A DNA stretch of 64,000 nt from Chrysomallon squamiferum (lineage: Eukaryota > Animalia > Mollusca). This document shows positions 56,461-64,000 of the stretch, in pieces. The notes beneath the pieces were generated by a model. It did no database searches, had not been told where the DNA came from, and saw only the letters and a list, made by a program, of their open reading frames with translations. Position numbers and translations under genes: made by a program. The stretch lies in assembly GCA_012295275.1 (NCBI GenBank), contig CM022665.1, positions 3,906,001-3,970,000 of the forward strand, written 5' to 3'. Numbering within the stretch: position 1 is the first letter of the stretch; each line of letters begins with the position of its first letter.

Positions 56461-57958
56461 CTCAAAAAGAAGGGCAAATTATTGATTTAAAAAAAATAAT
56501 AATTTAAACGATTTATAAATTAAAAATTATTATATATTTACTACTTAAAAATATACCTTCAGCAAAATAATGTTTAATTGTAGTAGTAAACAAGAATAAG
56601 AAAATTAAATGCTTCTGCTGCTGTTGTGTGTTAATCACAGATTTGTATTCATAGTCATCATCTCCTAATTCATACAACAGAAAGTAAACTAATATGGCAT
56701 TGTTGTAGAAATAATGTTGTCTTGTACCTGTGGATTTAAAGGTCAATATATGTTTATTAGAATTAATTTTATAAAATGATAGCTTGTAAAGCAAATGTTG
56801 ATGGTGACTGGATATATTAACTTTTGTGCAAATGTAAATTACACTGGCCTTTTAAAATTCAGGTTCAGCAATCAAACATTTAGCTGCTTTTCATTATATT
56901 ACATTGATCTACTCTTGTGACAGTAACAATTTTCAGCCATTGAAATTAAATTCTGCAGTTCAAAGTTTATCCTTGTTGTAACAATTTACCTACAAATATC
57001 CAATGAGTAATGTATTATAATAATCCATTTTGTCTAATGGTTTGTCATTACATCACCTGAAATAGAAAAAAAACAAAAACAAAAAACAAATGCAGTAATA
57101 AGAAACAAATTGATTATAATAACTGCAAAAAAAAAAAATGTGTGTGTGTGTGTGTGTGTTTATATATATATATATATATAAATAATGAAACACAAAGACC
57201 AAGCAGTAATAATAACCAGAATGTCAACACTTGACATTAATCTTTTTTTCTCAGTATGTTATTTTAAATATCCTGCAGGCTTGGGGCAGTGAAGTCAGGG
57301 TTTGATTCGTTCAGTAATACTGATTCACACACTCCCAGGCAACCACATTTGACTGATGGCAATTCTTACTTTCTTCAGTATATTATTGGACAGGCAGTCC
57401 ATGGGTGCATTCTGTCTGCCATTGATCTGCTTAAGGCTATTGTTTGCATGTCATTTGTCAGAAACAACTACAAGTGTCCACAACACTGAATTATTTCTTT
57501 TACCTTTCAGAACAGAGAGACAAAACATGTGTTCATCAAAAATCTGGAAAAACTGTTTTGTAAAGGCCACACAGAGTGCATTAGAAACTTTTAATTGATA
57601 GTATTTACACGTCTGCTGAATCAGTCTTGCATTAAAAGTTACTTGTCCACATTCATGCACCATTAATTAACATGTTTCATATGACATTCTGTTACATCAG
57701 ACGGTTTTATTACAAATGTCACTTTGGTGTTAATAGCCATCTCTAATTTCTTGGGAAAATCTGAATTTCTTTTGTGGTTTATTTTCTGGCTTGTTGCAGA
57801 TGTTTGTGTCCGTTTTTAAAGAAAATTTGAAATGAAGGTATTTTTTGGAAATGTAATGATAAAGAAAAGTATTATCAACTAAAATGACCATAATTGTGTC
57901 TTGTTTGTTTTCCCTTCTTTTTTTTTTTTTAAATTATTATTAATTTGTATATTAAAAC

Positions 57959-57960
<2 letters not shown>

Positions 57961-58012
<52 letters not shown>
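57961..58012. repeat. (GT)n microsatellite in CELF intron 2
   Basis: Direct observation. Confidence 0.98.
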
Positions 58013-58013
<1 letters not shown>

Positions 58014-59149
58014 GTTTTTAAAATAATTTAAAAACTATGGTCCCATTTTGTTATTTGCTCAGTAAAGTAATAAATAATAAAAAAAAAAAATCATAGATAA
58101 TATTCTTGGAAACCTATGTTAATTCTATTTTAGCATTATGAAAATTGTTCTCAGAAACATGATGTTTCAATTCAGGTTTAGTGCATGATTCCCGTCCAAC
58201 AGTTACATGTGGTCTATGCTGTTCAGAAACCCAGAAGATCTGTTTGTTTATTCTAGTCTAGGCTTGTCTGATCATACACACAGAGGAACACGTGTTAATG
58301 CAAGCTGTATTATATGAGACTCTAGGTTTTCAGTTTGGTGTACCTGTATCTTTGCCTTATTTGCCATTTTACTATTCCAGCAACAAAATAGTTTCATTCT
58401 TAAAGATATACCCATATAATTTGGAGATGAAGAGAAAAGGATTTGCATACACATCTCATAATGACCATGAATTTAATTATTGAGATTGATTACTTTCATT
58501 TTTTTAATTTTTAATTTTTTTTAATTTTTTAATTTATTTAAATGTTTAAAATGTATTCTTTTTTTGCTTTAATGCAGTTTTTATTTTTATTTATTAATTT
58601 TTTTTTTTTTTTTTGTTCACAAATTTAAAAGCAATAATAGTAAGATATCAGTTACACTAATTGGAGAGGTTTCCCTTTCTGAATCATTATCATCTACCAC
58701 ATTGATGTTTTCATGTTCGTTTGACAAAACACATCCATATTTTATATCCCTGTAGTTAAGCACAATGTTGTTACGAAATCACAAATGTTTTAAAATACAG
58801 ATACGTTTGTGTTAAAAATTAAATACTTATTGACCAGTTTTGTAAACCAGTTTCTTGTTCACCAGAGCTAACATTAATCTGGCACACATGTGCATTTAAG
58901 CCATAAATTTTATTACTTGCATCCAGCACTTCATTATCATGATATTTTTGGATCATGGAAGAGCAGAAAATGGCAGAAGTTTTGAAACTTAAGAGATAAG
59001 TTTTAGCTTTTTGAGCATTATTATATGACTGTTGAGTTTGTGATTTTCACATGCTTGAAATTGTAATTATTACAATCTTTTAGTAAACATCTCATATCCT
59101 CAGTATATTTCAATTCATTAACTGAAAGGCTTAATATTTGTTAAAGCAG

Positions 59150-59190
<41 letters not shown>

Positions 59191-59865
59191 GAAGGTCAGC
59201 TTGTACAGCATACAAATCAACATTTTGATATGTGTTGTTACAGCCAGTGGGGATTTAGGAAATAATTCTTCAATACAGAAAGCTTAGTACACTAACCCAA
59301 AATATATTTGTTATCTTATTTATTTTGTTTTATTTTTATTTTCCAAAATTATGATAATGATTTTATTACATTTTTCTCCAACAATAATTCATATATTAAT
59401 TCATAAACTTGGGATTTTACTATCATTTAATATCTCATTATAATGTAATAACACTTTGTTAAGTAAGAAGTGTATTTCAATTTAAAATGGAAATCAAAAC
59501 AAATCTGAAAATGAGACTGATGTAAACATTCTCAGAAGTCAAACTTGACATCAGAAATAGGGCACTTTGCTGATAGAATTTGTTTTGTTTTTCTTGCAGT
59601 ATCTTTATAATCAATATTTCATCTAAGCTAAGTAGATGTGCATCTCATGTTATGCAGTCAACATTCAAATCAAACTTCAGAAAAATGAAATACAGTTCTT
59701 TAGAAATGGCACCTGATTGATTCATCAGTGATCAGAAATGTTTCATAGTACGTGAATATGTGATACTCATAACTCTTAAACTTACACCTCCTCAAGAATT
59801 TGTAAAGTTTGTACACTGAATGAAAAAGTAAATCTAATGTGAATTTTTTTTTAAATATTTTTCAG

Positions 59866-59914
59866 ATGCATCACCCCATACAAATGAAACCAGCTGATAG
59901 CGAGAAGAGAAACG
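59866..59914 (+). CDS. CELF2: CELF coding exon 3
   Basis: tttcag|ATG...AACG|gtgagt, 49 nt; MHHPIQMKPADSEKRN is the CELF1/2 RRM1-RRM2 junction motif. Confidence 0.97.
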
Positions 59915-60839
59915 GTGAGTTAGGTGTGTCATTTGTATTTTTTCAATTCCGTCATTAATTACTTGGCTTGTATGCCAGCAATACCTTTGTCATCCGATTT
60001 GGAAAGAGGCTAAACATCTTTTCTTATTAAATTTCAGAATTACACTTTAATGTTGGGTATCATTTTATGTCTCACTTAGATCATGAGAATAATTGTTCTT
60101 ATGTAATTTTCAAAGATCTGTTAAATTTGAAAAAAAGTAGATGCAGAACTGAATGCATGTATGAATGCTTTTTAAGTAATTTGTTTTGAACACCATTTAG
60201 CCTTTTAAAAATTATTAATTCCCTCACCCCCCCCTCCAATATATTGCTTTTCAGTCAGGTGTAGCCAGTAGCATTCTGCAGTTTTTGTTTTCAAACATTT
60301 TGTTACACAATGCAGTTGAAGTTGATTTCCCCTAGATTTAGTGATAATTTCTCAAAATAATTTTCATCGCATGCTATGAAAATGTCATTTCACAGCAAGG
60401 TTTTATTTTAAAACAATAACTTTTGAATATGTATATTAAAAAACCAAGGCTGGTTATTAAGACCTCCAAAAATTAAATACTTTTTTATATATAATGCATT
60501 TACTTTGGATACACATTTTTTAGAAATTGTATTTTTGATTTAATTTTAATTTTCTTTTTTTTACATTTTTTTTTTTTTTTTGTTTTAAATATCCACATGT
60601 CCTTTATTTGTTTTATAAAGAAAGAGATTAAAGTAGCAGAGTAAATGATTTTAAAAAATACAGCAATAGTTTAATATGGCAAACTGCCCAAGGATGTCAA
60701 CATGCATATCGATACAATAATATTATACCACACTTACCTAATAACTGTTCTTATTAGTCAAGTCATTAAAAGTACATGGACTGTTCAGATATGTCATCTG
60801 AATTGTCTTTCTAACTATTTTGGATCACATTTGTTGCAG

Positions 60840-60971
60840 TAGAAGAGAGAAAATTATTTGTTGGAATGTTGTCAAAGAAACTGAATGAGAATGAAATAAG
60901 AATGATGTTTGCCCCATTTGGTGTCATAGAAGACTGTACAGTACTGAGAGATTCAAATGGCCAAAGTAGAG
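60840..60971 (+). CDS. CELF2: CELF coding exon 4 (RRM2 N-half); start could be 60840, 60843 or 60846 (tandem acceptor)
   Basis: ttgcag|TAGAAG...AGAG|gtgagc; (V)[44 protein letters not shown]. Confidence 0.96.
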
Positions 60972-61435
60972 GTGAGCTGGTTTCTTAAATATCTTTTGTA
61001 TATTTCTGGCACTGAATTAATTTAAGACAAAAAGATGCAAACACATTTATAACTTAAACTCACCAAGCAATCAAACATACATACACAAAGAAAATACCAA
61101 GTAATTTATCGAAGTGAAAATGGTATATCCCCTAAAAGCTGTATTTTTGGTCGTTGGTTGAAAATATAGAAATACAACTAGTTGTTACATCTTGTCACTG
61201 TTTACAGTGATTGTAAGGGGAGCAGAGTATATATTTTTTTAATGTTTTTACTGATGGTTTGTTTTACTTTTTACTATTTATTTATTTATTTATTTTTACG
61301 TGCATATTTTAATGGATTTTTTTTATTTTTTTATTTTTTTTTTAACTACATGCTTTTTTAGTTAATATCTCATTTTACAATTACTGTCTCATTAAAGTGG
61401 TAACATTAATACTTAATTTTTAAATATTATTTCAG

Positions 61436-61515
61436 GTTGTGCTTTTGTAACATATGCTAACCGCCAGAGTGCCCAGAATGCTATTAAAACAATGCACCAT
61501 TCACAAACAATGGAA
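61436..61515 (+). CDS. CELF2: CELF coding exon 5 (RRM2 RNP1 and C-half)
   Basis: tttcag|GT...GAA|gtaagt, 80 nt; (G)[26 protein letters not shown]. Confidence 0.97.
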
Positions 61516-62279
61516 GTAAGTATATATTTTGTTAATGATGCATTATAGTTAACTAAACCAATTAAGAAATACAATAGCTTAGAATGAAATAATATCATCT
61601 GTTGGTATTCTGCATTAAATGTCATATCCAGCAGGCAAAGTTTATGTAATTTATGGAAATGTATGAATATCAGTTAATTTTCTAATATGTATTATATTAT
61701 TGCCAAAAGGTAACATCTGTTTGAATATTTGGTAAGTTATGAATAAAAATAACGATGTTAATCAGGAATTCAGTCATCCAAATAATATTTTAGATAAATG
61801 TAACAAAATGAACTAAAGAATGTTTTTAAATGTTAGTAATACTTGAAAATAAAATAAATAAGAAATGGGGAGATAATTTAAAATATTTTTACTTGATTTA
61901 TTAGGTTTTTTTAATTTATTTTAAACTTTAAAAAAAAGAAAGGGAGAAAAGTCCACAAACAATAAACTAGAAAAGAAACAAACACTAATAGTAACCTTTG
62001 TACCTAATTCATGCTTATGTATGCAGTTAATCCTTTATTTCAGATGTTTAAAAGTAACAAAGAACATTCTGACATGGTGCCAGATTTACTCCAGTAATAA
62101 AATTCTAAGTGTTTAATGAGTTTTTGTTCTTCTTTTTTTTTCTTGTATATATAGTTTAATAGAAAAGAGTTCAAAATAATTCTGACTTAACTAACCAGAA
62201 TAAAAATTTCAGTTAAACAAATAAATTAGGATTTATTTAAAAATATATTAATTTGTATTTGTTTTTTTTTTTTTTACAG

Positions 62280-62417
62280 AGTTGTTCATCTCCTGTGGTT
62301 GTGAAGTTCGCTGATACACAAAAAGAGAAAGAGGCCAAGAAATTACAGCAAATGACAACTAATCTGTGGAACATGTCACTGGGTGGTCTTGGTGCTCTTG
62401 GACCACAGTACTTAGCT
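62280..62417 (+). CDS. CELF2: CELF coding exon 6 (end of RRM2, start of divergent domain)
   Basis: ttttacag|AGT...GCT|gtaaga, 138 nt; [46 protein letters not shown] (VVKFADTQK and LGPQYLA are typical of CELF1/2). Confidence 0.97.
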
Positions 62418-62982
62418 GTAAGATAAAACAAATGTGCTCTCTGGTTTTAATTTTAATTTGTACTATAAGGTCAGTGTCAAATGGATTTAACTGCAGAATT
62501 TTAAATTCTGTTATGAGTCGAAAATGTTGTGATTGCTGCAGAAGAAATTTTAATGCATTTTCTTTTTTTTCTTTTTTTCTTTTTTAAACAATAATCTGTT
62601 CATCCACAGCCTATTTGTAATTTCCTCTTTCATTTAATTTTGATAAATTACATATAATAGCTGACTGAAGTAGTCTGTCTAGCTGAAATAGCTATTATCC
62701 AGCCAACATCTCACGTTATTAAAAACATTTTGTATTGAGTGCAAAAACTGGGATGTCACACCAGTGACTGCTCATAATCCTATGAAACAAATACACTTAA
62801 TCACAGTTTTTAAAATTAAGAAAATAATGCCATTGTTAAATTACTAATAATGATTCTTTTTTTTTTGGGGGGGGGATAATAAAACATGTCAAAATAGAAA
62901 TAGCTATGGTGAATTAATTTCATTGCATTCCAGACACCTTCATGGATTCCATAAATGTTTATTTTTTTTTTTTTTTTTACAG

Positions 62983-63034
62983 TTGCTACAGCAAGCAATG
63001 ACCAGCAATATGTTCAACAATATGGGAAGCATAG
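62983..63034 (+). CDS. CELF2: CELF coding exon 7 (divergent domain)
   Basis: Long poly-T tract then acag|TTG...ATAG|gttagt, 52 nt; LLQQAMTSNMFNNMGSI continues PQYLA-LLQQ in frame. Confidence 0.88.
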
Positions 63035-63411
63035 GTTAGTAATTGATAGAAAATTCTGCAAATACATTAAAAAGTTCTTTTTATGGTATAGCTAATGTTT
63101 CGAATTCTACATCTGCATACATACTTGTTTAACAATAATTAATTTAACATCCTATTTCATATTAAAATTTGGAAAAACCCCAATTGATTTTGATATTTTA
63201 AATTTGAATTAAGTATACCATGAGCTCTGTGTTTATAATTAAGAAGCAGAAATAAAAAAAAGTCCATTTGAAAAGTATTCATGTATTTTATTAATTGATT
63301 ACAATATTTAATTACTGATGTCTTTTAAGTTAAAACAATAAGAATATAATTTATTTATTTATTTATTTCATTTTATCTTATTTTAATAATAAAAAAATAT
63401 ATATATTTCAG

Positions 63412-63495
63412 ACCATTGTAATTCTGGCTTGAACAATCTCGGTGTCCAGCAGTTAATGGCAGCAGCAGCAGCAGCAGCAGCAGGAAATAACCCAG
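63412..63495 (+). CDS. CELF2: CELF coding exon 8 (divergent domain, poly-Ala); gene continues beyond the window (no RRM3 or stop seen)
   Basis: tttcag|AC...CCAG|gtatgt, 84 nt, phase 1-1; (D)HCNSGLNNLGVQQLMAAAAAAAAGNNP is open in frame and has the low-complexity composition typical of the CELF linker. Confidence 0.82.
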
Positions 63496-64000
63496 GTATG
63501 TAACAAACAACTAATTGTTTAATTTTTTTTGTTAACTGACATACTAAATTACGTGAATAGGCTGCCCTGACTCCTTGATTTTATTATTTTGTTAAATATA
63601 AAGATTATTTCTTAAGATGTAAATGATAATGTAACAAAAAAAAAAAAATATATATATCTATATATTTTTTTTTAAACAGGGCTGCCTATGCATCACATTA
63701 GTTTGATATTATTGCATTTATGTTACAATGACAGAGCACTGGGCATGTTAACAAGTTTATATTTTAGAAATAAAAGCATCATCTAGTTACTACTGTAGTT
63801 ATTGACAACCTAGATACTATGTTCATTATTAATATCAGCTGGCAAAATATGTTTTGTCTGTTACGTTTCAACAGTTTGAAAATAATGAACTACTAAACAA
63901 AATCTGGAAGTGCATTTGTACACATTATGTGATTCACACAAAATGGTTCAGTTTTAAAATGGCCAGCATTTTCTTGAAATAACTGTACAAGCAGATTAGA

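Noticed and set aside
63680-63790. Possible ninth CELF exon after tttaaacag
   Set aside because: The in-phase reading is not CELF-like, reaches a stop near 63784 and has no convincing donor.

Overview
AT-rich, microsatellite-dense animal genomic DNA. It is probably molluscan (gastropod-like), judging from composition and a SINE family recalled from memory, but this is unverified. The only well-supported protein-coding gene is a CELF1/2 (CUGBP/Bruno-type) RNA-binding protein on the + strand. Eight GT-AG exons from 51141 to 63495 splice in frame to 262 codons (RRM1, RRM2 and the start of the divergent domain), and the gene continues beyond the window. A likely non-coding first exon and promoter lies near 47.3 kb, where CpG frequency drops visibly. 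The most striking structure is a ~10-kb near-perfect palindrome (arms 17492-22475 and 22511-27546, 35-bp spacer). It has no transposase, its divergence between arms is patchy, and it lies ~280 bp downstream of a candidate distal CELF exon (17149-17211) that would splice in frame to the CELF start exon. Nearly all other listed ORFs are artefacts of simple repeats.
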